Shown here: piece after piece, positions 39,044-48,264 of the stretch | Layout of the letters: each line of letters starts with the position of its first letter | How positions within the stretch are numbered: position 1 is the stretch's first letter | NCBI GenBank assembly: GCA_964365185.1 | Contig: CAYIOP010000001.1 | Coordinates: 180,579 to 244,578 of the forward strand | Source: an uncultured Candidatus Saccharibacteria bacterium | GTDB lineage: Bacteria > Patescibacteriota > Minisyncoccia > UBA6257 > 2-01-FULL-56-20 | Length of the DNA stretch: 64,000 bases | Direction of reading: 5' to 3' | The notes under the pieces: model-generated | The model's input: the letters and a program-made list of their open reading frames with translations, nothing else | What the model was told of the DNA's origin: nothing | Database searches by the model: none | Made by a program: the position numbers and the translations under genes

Positions 39044-40027
39044 ATGGATGTAAGTTGGATGTATGCCAAGCGAAGGGCGGCTCCCGAGGCGCCCAAAAAA
39101 TCTAAAACTTATCTTTATGTTTTGGTGGGCGTGATTTCCGTGTTTTTGGTCGGAGGAATAGGCGGGTATTTATTTTACGAATCAAAATCGCAAACAGCCC
39201 AAGAAATTGAAGACCCTAACAAAGAGTGCGAACGAATTTTAATGGCGGTTAAAAAAGATCAAACCAGCATCAGCATCTGCGTTAAAAGTGATGGCAGCTT
39301 GAGATTGCTCTGGGAAAAATTGCCAGTCGGAGCTAATAAAATTGATATTTATTTTAAGGATGATAACGGAGATCGAAAATTATGGACCACGGTTTTTGTA
39401 ACTTCGGAATCAGGATACCTAGATTTATCTAAAACCGACCAAGGCGGCGCGGGTTATGAATTTGAAATTTATGATGGTTCGGGAAAGATTTTAATGAAAA
39501 GCGAGGGGTCGAGTCCGGCCCCAAGCGCCAGTCCCCCACCCAATACCGGCTCTCCGCAAAATCCGCCGCCCTCAAATCAACCAAACGAAAATCCGCCGGC
39601 GCCGACTCCGCCAAACCAACCCCAGCCAAATCTGCCGCCAGATAGCGGAACTCCGCCTGCCAACCCAACGCCAACTTCTTCGCCTTCGACCGACACTTCA
39701 ACTCAAACATATTACACGCCAACCGGCGAGGTTTCGGGAACCAGCACTGTGCCCACGGAAAATTTTTGGGTTTTACATGTACACAACAAAATTGAAATCG
39801 GCTGGCAAAATATTCCTTCAAGCACCAACCAAATTATTATTTATCGCTCGAAAACCGAAACCGGCGGTTATCAAAAACTTTTAGAACAACAGAATCCCAA
39901 AACAACTTATGACTTTCTAAGAATTGACGACCATACGCTTCCCGAGGCCTATTACTACAAAATGGAAACCAAGATGAATTCGACGATTCTAGAAACCTAC
40001 GGACCGGAATTTCTTCCGAGTTTATAA
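39044..40027 (+). CDS. Membrane-anchored protein with two FN3-like modules and a Pro/Asn/Thr linker
   Basis: TM near N-terminus; LxWxxxP...I.IY repeated twice; YYYK. Confidence 0.7.
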   Translation: MDVSWMYAKRRAAPEAPKKSKTYLYVLVGVISVFLVGGIGGYLFYESKSQTAQEIEDPNKECERILMAVKKDQTSISICVKSDGSLRLLWEKLPVGANKIDIYFKDDNGDRKLWTTVFVTSESGYLDLSKTDQGGAGYEFEIYDGSGKILMKSEGSSPAPSASPPPNTGSPQNPPPSNQPNENPPAPTPPNQPQPNLPPDSGTPPANPTPTSSPSTDTSTQTYYTPTGEVSGTSTVPTENFWVLHVHNKIEIGWQNIPSSTNQIIIYRSKTETGGYQKLLEQQNPKTTYDFLRIDDHTLPEAYYYKMETKMNSTILETYGPEFLPSL

Positions 40028-40153
40028 GTTTGGAGGATTTAAAATTTCATTCGCAATTTGTTGATTCGCCCGCCTGACTTCGAGTTTGACGAAGTCAAAG
40101 TCGGGCAGACATAAAATTTGTAGATTAGCATCATAATTTGTATAATGTAGGCG

Positions 40154-42313
40154 GTGATCAGGACTCAAACTCCGCTTTCTAAATTAACTCACATTAGTCC
40201 TAAATTTTTAAAGGGATTAGAAAGGTTGGGACTTAAAACAGTTGCCGATTTAATCTGGCACTTTCCCAGCCGTTATGAAGATTTTTCTCAAATTTATAAA
40301 ATCTCGGATTTAGAGCCGGGCCAGCAAGCCACTATCCAAGGCCTCATTAAAAAAATAGATACCCGAAGAAGCTTTAGGCGGCGAATGACGATTGTGGAAG
40401 CGCTCATACAAGATGAAACCGGCTCAATCCGCGCGGTTTGGTTTAACCAGCCCTATCTTAAAAATACCCTTCATCCTCAGAGATTAATGAATTTCTCGGG
40501 AAAAGTATCGATTTCCGAAAATGATCTCTATTTATCTCATCCTGATTATGAACTTTCAAATAGTGCCCAGGGGCAAGATACGCGACACACCGGAAGATTA
40601 GTGCCGATTTATCCGGAGACCAAAGGGCTCACTTCGCGGGCTCTACGTTTTATCATTCAACCCGTGCTTCGAGATTTGGAAAAAATGCCGGAGTTTATGC
40701 CGGAGGAAATACTCAATCGGGAAAATTTTCCGGAGATAAATCAAGCCATTCAAAAAATTCATTTTCCGGAAACAACCGAAGAATCGGAAAAAAATAAAGA
40801 ACGTTTCTCTTTTCAAAATTTATTCTTGCTTCAACTTTTTAATTTGGAGCAAAAACTAAAATTAGCCGGCCAAAGAGCGCCATCAATTATCTCCCAGATT
40901 CCATATATCAAAGAAATTATAGAAACCCTGCCTTTTGAGCTTACGGACTCTCAAAAAAAATCTCTGTGGGAAATTATTCAGGATATGGAACGTTCCTCTC
41001 CAATGAACCGCCTGCTTCAGGGTGATGTGGGCTCGGGAAAAACCGTGGTGGCGGCGATCGCGGCGCTTACCGCGGCTAAAGCCGGTTTTCAGGCGGTTTT
41101 TTTGGCGCCGACCGAGGTTCTCGCTTCTCAGCATTTTAAGACGATGAAAAGCTTATTTAACGGAATCAAACAGAAAAATAAAAATGAGACGCTTCCAACT
41201 TTAGGAATTTTAACATCCTCTCAATCAAAAATTTTCTGGCCGGATCTGGAAAATGAAAGTGAATGGAAAAAAACAGAATTTCGGAAAAAAATTTCAACCG
41301 CTGAGATAAAAATTATCATTGGCACTCACGCCTTAATTCAAAAAATAGTCAAATTTAAAAATTTAGGACTCACGATTGTCGATGAACAGCACCGCTTTGG
41401 CGTCAGGCAAAGAGCTCTACTTGCTCACGGACAGACGCAAGCAATAAGGCAGGCGGTACCGCATTTTTTAAGCATGTCGGCCACTCCAATTCCGCGAACA
41501 CTGATGCTCACGGTTTTTGGGGACTTAGATTTGTCGATTATTGACGAATTACCGAGTGGCCGAAAAAATATCATCACCAAAGTGGTGGCACCAGAAAATC
41601 GTCTCAAGGCCTATGGCTTTATTCGCGAACAAGTTAGAAGAGGTCGGCAAGCGTTTGTTATTTGTCCACGCATTGAACCCTCGACTAACGACCAAAAACT
41701 AACTAGCCGCGAAAAGAAATTATGGGAGGTAAAGTCGGTTAAAGAAGAGTATGAAAAACTATCCAAGAAAATTTTTACTGAATTTAAAGTAGAAATGCTC
41801 CACGGACAAATTAAGTCTAAAGAAAAGGAGAAAATAATGAGCGATTTTAAAGACAACAAAATTCAGATTCTGGTTTCCACTTCCGTGGTTGAAGTTGGAG
41901 TAGACGTGCCGAACGCGGTTATCATGATGATTGAAGGCAGTGACCGATTTGGCCTCTCTCAACTCTACCAATTTCGCGGGCGAGTGGGGCGAGGCGAACA
42001 CCAATCATTTTGTTTTTTATTTACCGAATCACAGAGCAGAACCACTGAGGCGCGGCTAAACGCCTTAATTAAGGCCAAAAACGGCTTTGAGCTGGCGGAG
42101 TTGGATTTGAAATTCCGCGGCCCGGGAGAGTTTTTGGGGGCTGGCCAGAGCGGAATACCGGATATTGCCATGAGGGGACTGCAAGATATGAATTTGGTTA
42201 AAACCAGTCGTGAGGCGGCGCTAAAAATTATGGGGGCTTCCCAAGGACTTAAAAAATATCCCCTGCTTAAGGAGAAACTAGATGAGTTTGAAAGACGGTT
42301 GCATAAGGAGTGA
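40154..42313 (+). CDS. recG: ATP-dependent DNA helicase RecG
   Basis: QGDVGSGKT, DEQHRFG, SATPIPRT, QFRGRVGRG. Confidence 0.98.
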   Translation: MIRTQTPLSKLTHISPKFLKGLERLGLKTVADLIWHFPSRYEDFSQIYKISDLEPGQQATIQGLIKKIDTRRSFRRRMTIVEALIQDETGSIRAVWFNQPYLKNTLHPQRLMNFSGKVSISENDLYLSHPDYELSNSAQGQDTRHTGRLVPIYPETKGLTSRALRFIIQPVLRDLEKMPEFMPEEILNRENFPEINQAIQKIHFPETTEESEKNKERFSFQNLFLLQLFNLEQKLKLAGQRAPSIISQIPYIKEIIETLPFELTDSQKKSLWEIIQDMERSSPMNRLLQGDVGSGKTVVAAIAALTAAKAGFQAVFLAPTEVLASQHFKTMKSLFNGIKQKNKNETLPTLGILTSSQSKIFWPDLENESEWKKTEFRKKISTAEIKIIIGTHALIQKIVKFKNLGLTIVDEQHRFGVRQRALLAHGQTQAIRQAVPHFLSMSATPIPRTLMLTVFGDLDLSIIDELPSGRKNIITKVVAPENRLKAYGFIREQVRRGRQAFVICPRIEPSTNDQKLTSREKKLWEVKSVKEEYEKLSKKIFTEFKVEMLHGQIKSKEKEKIMSDFKDNKIQILVSTSVVEVGVDVPNAVIMMIEGSDRFGLSQLYQFRGRVGRGEHQSFCFLFTESQSRTTEARLNALIKAKNGFELAELDLKFRGPGEFLGAGQSGIPDIAMRGLQDMNLVKTSREAALKIMGASQGLKKYPLLKEKLDEFERRLHKE

Positions 42314-42340
42314 AAGATTAAATTATAGGTGTTAGGTTTT

Positions 42341-42370
42341 TCCTCCGGAAGAGGATCCTCCTTTGGCGGA
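42341..42370. repeat. 30-bp double-hairpin element, copy 4, nested in a 7-bp array
   Basis: ttatagg tgttagg tttt [TCCTCCGGAAGAGGATCCTCCTTTGGCGGA] aggtgag aggtgat. Confidence 0.8.
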
Positions 42371-42432
42371 AGGTGAGAGGTGATAGAAGAGAGAAGATAG
42401 AATATTGAGATACTAATGAAATTAAAAAAATA

Positions 42433-43911
42433 TTACCATTTAGCTAGACACAAAAACCTAATACCCGCCGACCCACTAGCGCCGCAACCAACGTTACCTC
42501 CTGCTGAATTAAGACCGTATAAACAAATCGCAGTAACTCCGATAGCATTAGTACAAGATGTTGCACCACTCGATGGGGCGTTCGCTACAACAGAATAAAG
42601 ATAAAGTCCACCGCTTAAACCACTAGAACTTCTAAGTAGCGTCGCGGAGACACCGGATGCGGGAGCGATATCTAATTTTGCTCCTGGCGAGGCGACTCCA
42701 ACTCCCACGTTTGTTCCATCATCATAAATAACACTGTTTGTTAAAGTGGCTCCGCCTGCAGCCCATTTCGATATATAATTTTGTGAGCCGCTGCCGGGAT
42801 TGGCGGCGGTGGTTTGGCGAGTGCCGTCTGGGAAAACAATAGCCGTACCGGATTGTGATAACCTAATATCATTTTGATGAGTGGACGTTGCGGTAAATCT
42901 AGAAGTGCCGGAAACATCAAGTTTATAAGTCGGATTACTTTGGCCAATGCCGACATTGCCTTTGACTGCGGCGAGGGTAGTGGTGGCAGAAGTGTAGAAA
43001 GTGACATCAGGTAATCCGGCGCTACCGACTGAAAGAGAGCCGGTGAAAAAAGAATTTAAACCGACCTCAAATGACGCTAACTGGGATGGATTTAGCACTC
43101 CAATTCCTATTGCTCCGTTATTTTTGAGAATCAAGTTATATTTGCTTGGTATAGCACCGTTATTAAAAATTAGATCGCCGTTCGCCATTTTAACTGAAAA
43201 TTGAGAAGTTCCGGTTGAGCTTTTAAAATCAATTAAATCAAATCCGGTTGCTCCTCCTTGAAGAATAGTAAGAGGATGGGTTAATGGAGTAGAAGTAGCG
43301 TTGACGCCTAATTTACCTGGAAAATAATAGTTGCCGTTGCCAGTTAAAGAACCAAAAGTACCAGCGGAAACATTGCCGGCATTAATAGTAATGGAAGCGC
43401 CATTCGCAACAATAGTGCCAGAGGCATAGATGTTTTGGGCTCGAATGGTATTAGCTAAAAGACGGCCGCGAACATAAATTCGGGGGGTGTCTTGATCGAT
43501 TCCAGAATCATAAAAACCTGTTAAATCCGTCACATCATCTGGATGAAGAAGACTGCCAATACTGATACCTACGCGATCACCGAATGGAGGAGTAGCAGTA
43601 CTATTACGGATAGCAACAAAAGTATTATAAGAAGTTGGTAAACTTGCGCCAAAACGACCATCAGTGATTTTAAAAAGATAATTCTCGCCACCAAAAAGAG
43701 GAGTAGTAATAGTAAATTTGGTATCAGAAGGAACGGTTGAAGAACCGATAATTAAATTACTGCCGTTGGTATTTAAGATACCACTTCCGCCGGGCGGAGG
43801 ATCTGTTGGCCCGACAAAGGCCCGCGCTACCCAAATCCCGAGCGGCATTACCAAAACAACCACGAAAACAGTAATAAAGATTTTGATAAGGTTGATATTT
43901 TTAGCTTTCAT
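42433..43911 (-). CDS. Secreted fibre-like surface protein (GNVGIG repeats)
   Basis: Signal peptide, FVGPTDPPPGG, repeated GNVGIG/NVGVG..P..KLD units, Cys-rich C-terminus. Confidence 0.7.
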   Translation of the reverse strand: MKAKNINLIKIFITVFVVVLVMPLGIWVARAFVGPTDPPPGGSGILNTNGSNLIIGSSTVPSDTKFTITTPLFGGENYLFKITDGRFGASLPTSYNTFVAIRNSTATPPFGDRVGISIGSLLHPDDVTDLTGFYDSGIDQDTPRIYVRGRLLANTIRAQNIYASGTIVANGASITINAGNVSAGTFGSLTGNGNYYFPGKLGVNATSTPLTHPLTILQGGATGFDLIDFKSSTGTSQFSVKMANGDLIFNNGAIPSKYNLILKNNGAIGIGVLNPSQLASFEVGLNSFFTGSLSVGSAGLPDVTFYTSATTTLAAVKGNVGIGQSNPTYKLDVSGTSRFTATSTHQNDIRLSQSGTAIVFPDGTRQTTAANPGSGSQNYISKWAAGGATLTNSVIYDDGTNVGVGVASPGAKLDIAPASGVSATLLRSSSGLSGGLYLYSVVANAPSSGATSCTNAIGVTAICLYGLNSAGGNVGCGASGSAGIRFLCLAKW

Positions 43912-43918
43912 TTTTTTG

Positions 43919-44365
43919 TTAATTAGGATTTTGGTTTTGGGCGCCGGAGCCAGAAAGGTCTGGAATTTGATTTAGAGATTCAAGAGTGGGGTTTTTAAGC
44001 TGGTCATCGATTAATCTGGCCACTTGACTGTCCCCTTTTAGCTTGGTCCAAAAAATTATTTCTTTGGAATTTAAACGAATTTCGTTTTTTGGGCCCCAAA
44101 AAATATCCTGGAAGGTCTGCAAACTGAATTCAAAATTGCTGCCGGTCTCGTTTCTTTGGATAAAGAAAACATTTTTTAGTTTGGGGTATGGAAACCAGCT
44201 TAGCTTGCCAAAATAAACTTCGCCGTTTGAGAGGTAAACTGCGGAATAGGGCGAGTCCTTGACGCCAGAGCTTCCTTGATTGGTTTTGGTAATAAGCCAG
44301 ATAATTGCGCCTAAAAGCACGGCTAAAATAACGATTAAGATAGTGATGATAATTTTGGTCTTCAT
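43919..44365 (-). CDS. Single-TM CPR-type hypothetical protein (AVYLSNGEVYFGKL)
   Basis: N-terminal TM; beta-rich domain ending IIFW..L..DSQV. Confidence 0.75.
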   Translation of the reverse strand: MKTKIIITILIVILAVLLGAIIWLITKTNQGSSGVKDSPYSAVYLSNGEVYFGKLSWFPYPKLKNVFFIQRNETGSNFEFSLQTFQDIFWGPKNEIRLNSKEIIFWTKLKGDSQVARLIDDQLKNPTLESLNQIPDLSGSGAQNQNPN

Positions 44366-44373
44366 TTAAATTT

Positions 44374-44913
44374 TTATTTGATAACTAAATATCCAACTGG
44401 GCCTTTATCTGGCCCACCGCAGGAGGGACAGAAAAATTTAAACTTACCAGAGGCGGAGGCCTGAAGAGAAATTAATCCCGAGCCGCCTTTTTTAATGGAT
44501 TTAGAAAAACCGAAATCCGGCTGGGAAATATCGTAATTTTTGTCAATAGCCGAAAATTGTAGATTAAGAACGTCGCCGGAGTTTACAATCACTGTGTCGG
44601 GAATAAATTTATTTTTATCAATCTTGATTTCAAATATTCTTAATTTAGAATCAGAGCCGGGCGCGGCGGGAACGACATTTTCCGGTCGAGCAACATTAGC
44701 CGGAAGGTTTTTTGAATCTTGGTTAGGGACAATAATATTATTAACAGAGGCATCTAAGGGAATGCGGGTGGTACTAGGCGGTGTTTCGTTTTGAGAGTTA
44801 TTAGCTGATTTCGAATCTGAATTCCCTACTCCTGATTTATTAGAAAATCCATAAATTATCATGCCGACCCCAAGCACAACTACCGCGGAGATAATGATAG
44901 TATTTTTATTCAT
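44374..44913 (-). CDS. Cupredoxin-like domain protein
   Basis: F.PDTVIVNSGD and GKFKFFCPSC. Confidence 0.7.
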   Translation of the reverse strand: MNKNTIIISAVVVLGVGMIIYGFSNKSGVGNSDSKSANNSQNETPPSTTRIPLDASVNNIIVPNQDSKNLPANVARPENVVPAAPGSDSKLRIFEIKIDKNKFIPDTVIVNSGDVLNLQFSAIDKNYDISQPDFGFSKSIKKGGSGLISLQASASGKFKFFCPSCGGPDKGPVGYLVIK

Positions 44914-44921
44914 GGAAATTA

Positions 44922-45989
44922 CTAATAAGGAGCTGAAGTGGTAGCCATTAAATTATACCACGTAAAGATGCCGCCCACCTTAACACAGATTTGAAAAAGG
45001 TCATCTCCTCCTGATTTTTCAAACCAAATACTACCGCGGGTGCTATCGTCGCAAGTGTCTTTTGCGAAGCCGCCAGCAGGAATCAAGCGCATGCCACCCA
45101 CAATAGTCAATTCTTGGTCAGTCGAAGTGGCGGTGGTGGTGCCGATGCCTAACCGAACCAATCCTCCTCCGCCAGCTACCACATAAACCGGACTGGTTAA
45201 ACGAGAAGGAGCACTCAGAACGTCAAAGCCATATGAAGAGTCGGGCGCGGCGCCAATGCCAACATTACTATTACCAAAATAAATAACTCCATTAACTGAC
45301 CCCCATTTTCTACCGGGTACGCCAAGTTGAAGAGCTGAAGGATTAGCGGTGGAGCTAGGAACGATATCAGAATCAAAAGTAGCGGCGTTAATTCTGGCAA
45401 CACCAGTTTGAATAAGTTGAGAAAATCTTTTTTGGATGTTGGTAGCATTGTAGTGAATACCGATCGTAACATCGACAGAATCTAAAGCATCGGGATAAAT
45501 TCTTTTCACAAACTCCAATCTATCAATCACCACGCGATCTGAAGTTAGGGCTTGAGGAATGCCGTTCTCTCCTTCTTTTAAATAGGCCTTGCCTTGGTCT
45601 AGGTAGATGTAGTTTTTGGCCACGGGCAAAAACTGTTCGGGCGGACCAGCAATGTAGTCAGTGCTTGAAGTCACTCGAAAAGTAAGAGTGCTAGTGGGAA
45701 CAGCCACTAGCCGGCCACCAACATCAGTTACTTCATTTTCGGTTTCGATTAAACTTGATTCTTCAACAAAACGCTGAATGACATTTAATAAAAATTGGCT
45801 CTGCCGATTAACTTCGGCTCTGGATGACTCTCTATTTTGAACTTGAAGAACTGTTAGAAGAATGGAAACAAAAGCAATGGAAATAACGCTAAAGATAGCG
45901 ATAAAAACTAGAATCTCGATAAGAGTCAGGCCTTGCTTTTTTCGCGTGAGATAAATAAATTTTTTAAGCAGGTTTATCATTAATTTCAT
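44922..45989 (-). CDS. Prepilin-type N-terminal cleavage/methylation protein
   Basis: KKQG|LTLIEIL class III signal plus NVGIG fibre-like C-terminus; true start may lie a few codons downstream. Confidence 0.85.
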   Translation of the reverse strand: MKLMINLLKKFIYLTRKKQGLTLIEILVFIAIFSVISIAFVSILLTVLQVQNRESSRAEVNRQSQFLLNVIQRFVEESSLIETENEVTDVGGRLVAVPTSTLTFRVTSSTDYIAGPPEQFLPVAKNYIYLDQGKAYLKEGENGIPQALTSDRVVIDRLEFVKRIYPDALDSVDVTIGIHYNATNIQKRFSQLIQTGVARINAATFDSDIVPSSTANPSALQLGVPGRKWGSVNGVIYFGNSNVGIGAAPDSSYGFDVLSAPSRLTSPVYVVAGGGGLVRLGIGTTTATSTDQELTIVGGMRLIPAGGFAKDTCDDSTRGSIWFEKSGGDDLFQICVKVGGIFTWYNLMATTSAPY

Positions 45990-46014
45990 TAATCATCTTG
46001 CTTGCTAGAATTTT

Positions 46015-46422
46015 TTACAATAAACCAAACCAACTAAAAAGATTAAAAATATTAATATCAGTTTCAACAGTTAGAGCCACTAAAGCCGCGCCCAAAATTA
46101 GAAGATCAAATTCAAAACCATTGACTAGAGGTTTTTTGGTCGCGATTTTCCAGATATTTATTATTAAAAATTGAATAATAAGTAGGATGGAAATCGGCTG
46201 AACTAAAATTCCAACAATTAAAAGCAGACCGCCCACAAATTCGACAATCGCCACAACAGGCGCCCAAAAATTCCCGGGTTTAAAACCAACGCTCGATAAC
46301 CATTCGGCGGTGCTTTTTAGATTTTTTAATTTCGGCCAACCGTGAGCAACTAAAATCACGCCCAAGATAATTCTTAAAAAGAAGATGGCCCAATTGCTAA
46401 ATATCCAAAAGAAAGGAAACAT
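46015..46422 (-). CDS. DoxX family membrane protein
   Basis: LRIILG...HGWPKL, EFVGGLLL.VG, GFEFD. Confidence 0.88.
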   Translation of the reverse strand: MFPFFWIFSNWAIFFLRIILGVILVAHGWPKLKNLKSTAEWLSSVGFKPGNFWAPVVAIVEFVGGLLLIVGILVQPISILLIIQFLIINIWKIATKKPLVNGFEFDLLILGAALVALTVETDINIFNLFSWFGLL

Positions 46423-46506
46423 TAATATTTATTATAACATATTCAAAATAGCAAGATATAATTAACTTGATAACTTATGGCTTATAATTTATAAATTAAA
46501 GGTAAT

Positions 46507-46578
46507 GGCCCTATCGTCTAATGGTTAGGACATCGGCTTTTCAAGCCGGTAACCGGGGTTCGACTCCCCGTAGGGCTG
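46507..46578 (+). tRNA. tRNA-Glu(TTC)
   Basis: GGCCCTA/TAGGGCT acceptor, CGGC-TTTTCAA-GCCG anticodon arm. Confidence 0.95.
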
Positions 46579-46596
46579 CGAATTAAATTTTTAAGA

Positions 46597-47784
46597 ATGG
46601 AAATCCTGGCCATCGAGACGAGTTGCGATGAAACAGCCTTGGCTTTAGTTCAGGCCGAAGGCGGCATTGCAAATCCGCGTTTTGAGGTTTTGAAAAGCGT
46701 GGTGGCTTCGCAGATTGCCGTACACCGGCCATTTGGGGGAGTTGTGCCTAACCTAGCTAAAAGAGAACACCTTAAAAATTTGCCAATATTGTTCGAGCAA
46801 ATTTTTAAAAATTATCAATTACCAATTTCCGATTTTTCAAAGAAATCTCAAAAAGATAAAAAGATGCGTGCTGTAGGATACGGGTTACAGGATGTAGATT
46901 TGATTGCGGTTACAGTGGGACCAGGGCTTGAGCCGGCGCTTTGGACGGGAATTAATTTTGCCAAAGAAATTGGCAAAGTTGGCAAATCGCCCTCCTTCGC
47001 CAAGGCTGCGGCGGGCAAGCAAATGGTAAATCGCAAAATTGTTGGAGCTAACCATCTGGAGGGCCACCTATATTCCTTTCTTTTGCCGAATCGATCTATA
47101 ACCTATAACCTAAAACCTAAAACCTTATTTCCGGCTGTTGCTTTGATTGTGAGTGGTGGACATACGGTTTTGTTGAAAATGGATAGTTTAGTGAAATGGG
47201 AAAAAATCGGAGAAACAAGAGATGACGCAGTGGGCGAGGCATTTGATAAGGTAGCGCGGCTTTTAGGACTCCCCTATCCGGGCGGACCGGAGATTGAAAA
47301 AATTGCCCAAAAAGGAAGCTCGACGTCTATAAATTTTCCAAGACCGATGATTTATGAGAAAAATTTTGATTTCAGTTTTTCGGGCCTGAAGACGGCGGTG
47401 CTTTATCACTTGCGTGATTTAGGATATAGCCATCAGCCACTAGCCACTGGGGTAAAAAAATTACTAAACCCTATACCCAAAACCCTAGTGGCTAATATAG
47501 CGGCGTCTTTTCAGGCGGCGGCAATTGAAGTTTTGGTTAAAAAAACAATGCGGGCGGCGCAAGAATTTGGCGCTAGGTCGGTTTTGCTCTCCGGTGGAGT
47601 GGCGGCCAACGCTTTTTTGCGAAATAGTTTAAAAAAATCGGCGAGTAAGGCCGGAGTTCAATTTTTAGTGGCGGATAAAAAATATAATACTGACAATGCG
47701 GTGATGATCGCGGCCGCCGGGTATATGACGTATTTACGCAAGAAAAAATACCCGTTTAAAGCAAACGGCAACCTTGAAATTTAA
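46597..47784 (+). CDS. tsaD: tRNA N6-adenosine threonylcarbamoyltransferase TsaD, with repeat-derived insertions
   Basis: IETSCDET, NHLEGH, VSGGHT, DDAVGEAFDK, FSFSGLKT, TDNAVMIA. Confidence 0.97.
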   Translation: MEILAIETSCDETALALVQAEGGIANPRFEVLKSVVASQIAVHRPFGGVVPNLAKREHLKNLPILFEQIFKNYQLPISDFSKKSQKDKKMRAVGYGLQDVDLIAVTVGPGLEPALWTGINFAKEIGKVGKSPSFAKAAAGKQMVNRKIVGANHLEGHLYSFLLPNRSITYNLKPKTLFPAVALIVSGGHTVLLKMDSLVKWEKIGETRDDAVGEAFDKVARLLGLPYPGGPEIEKIAQKGSSTSINFPRPMIYEKNFDFSFSGLKTAVLYHLRDLGYSHQPLATGVKKLLNPIPKTLVANIAASFQAAAIEVLVKKTMRAAQEFGARSVLLSGGVAANAFLRNSLKKSASKAGVQFLVADKKYNTDNAVMIAAAGYMTYLRKKKYPFKANGNLEI

Positions 47785-47940
47785 TCATTCCACTATAGAA
47801 GAATATTCATTTATAATGGAATAGAAAAAAGGTATGCTTTGGGCGAATGGGAATCTTTCTATTTAGAATTAAGAATTAGGAATAATGAATTAGGAGATAA
47901 TCTTATTGAAATTTCTGACTGGATTTTGTAGAATAATTTT

Positions 47941-48073
47941 GAAATCTTTCACTAGATTTCTCTGACTCCGTAGTGAGCGAAGTGCTACTTGCCTCTGTTC
48001 ATCTTACCCAGTTCCAAGTAGGTGTCTTACCAAATAATCCACCACTTTGCCATGACCTACGGGGTCTTTTTTT
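47941..48073 (+). ncRNA. Candidate small structured RNA A
   Basis: TTGAAA-N17-TAGAAT promoter (47906-47934); 5' hairpin; branched stem; U7 end. Confidence 0.55.
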
Positions 48074-48123
48074 ATTTCGATTAAATAGGTTGATTTTTAA
48101 AGATTGTTTCCTATAATGATTAT

Positions 48124-48217
48124 GCTCCTTCTATGACAATAGTGGGAGTAAATTGTTTCTAGCACCCGGTGGGATGAAGTACAGATAGTCAACACTTCAT
48201 AACACCGGTGCTTTTTT
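48124..48217 (+). ncRNA. Candidate small structured RNA B (or valS leader with terminator)
   Basis: TTGATT-N16-TATAAT promoter (48090-48117); two hairpins; U6 end. Confidence 0.5.
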
Positions 48218-48264
48218 ATTTGATTGATTGGAAAACTTAAGAAAATTAAGTAAAATCATTAGAT

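Noticed and set aside
39510-39720. Pro-rich low-complexity stretch as a DNA repeat element
   Set aside because: Explained by a coding linker; no regular nucleotide unit
47941-48260. T-box riboswitch upstream of valS
   Set aside because: No GGUGGNACC T-box, AG-bulge or GNUG motif on the sense strand; valS appears to have its own leaderless promoter
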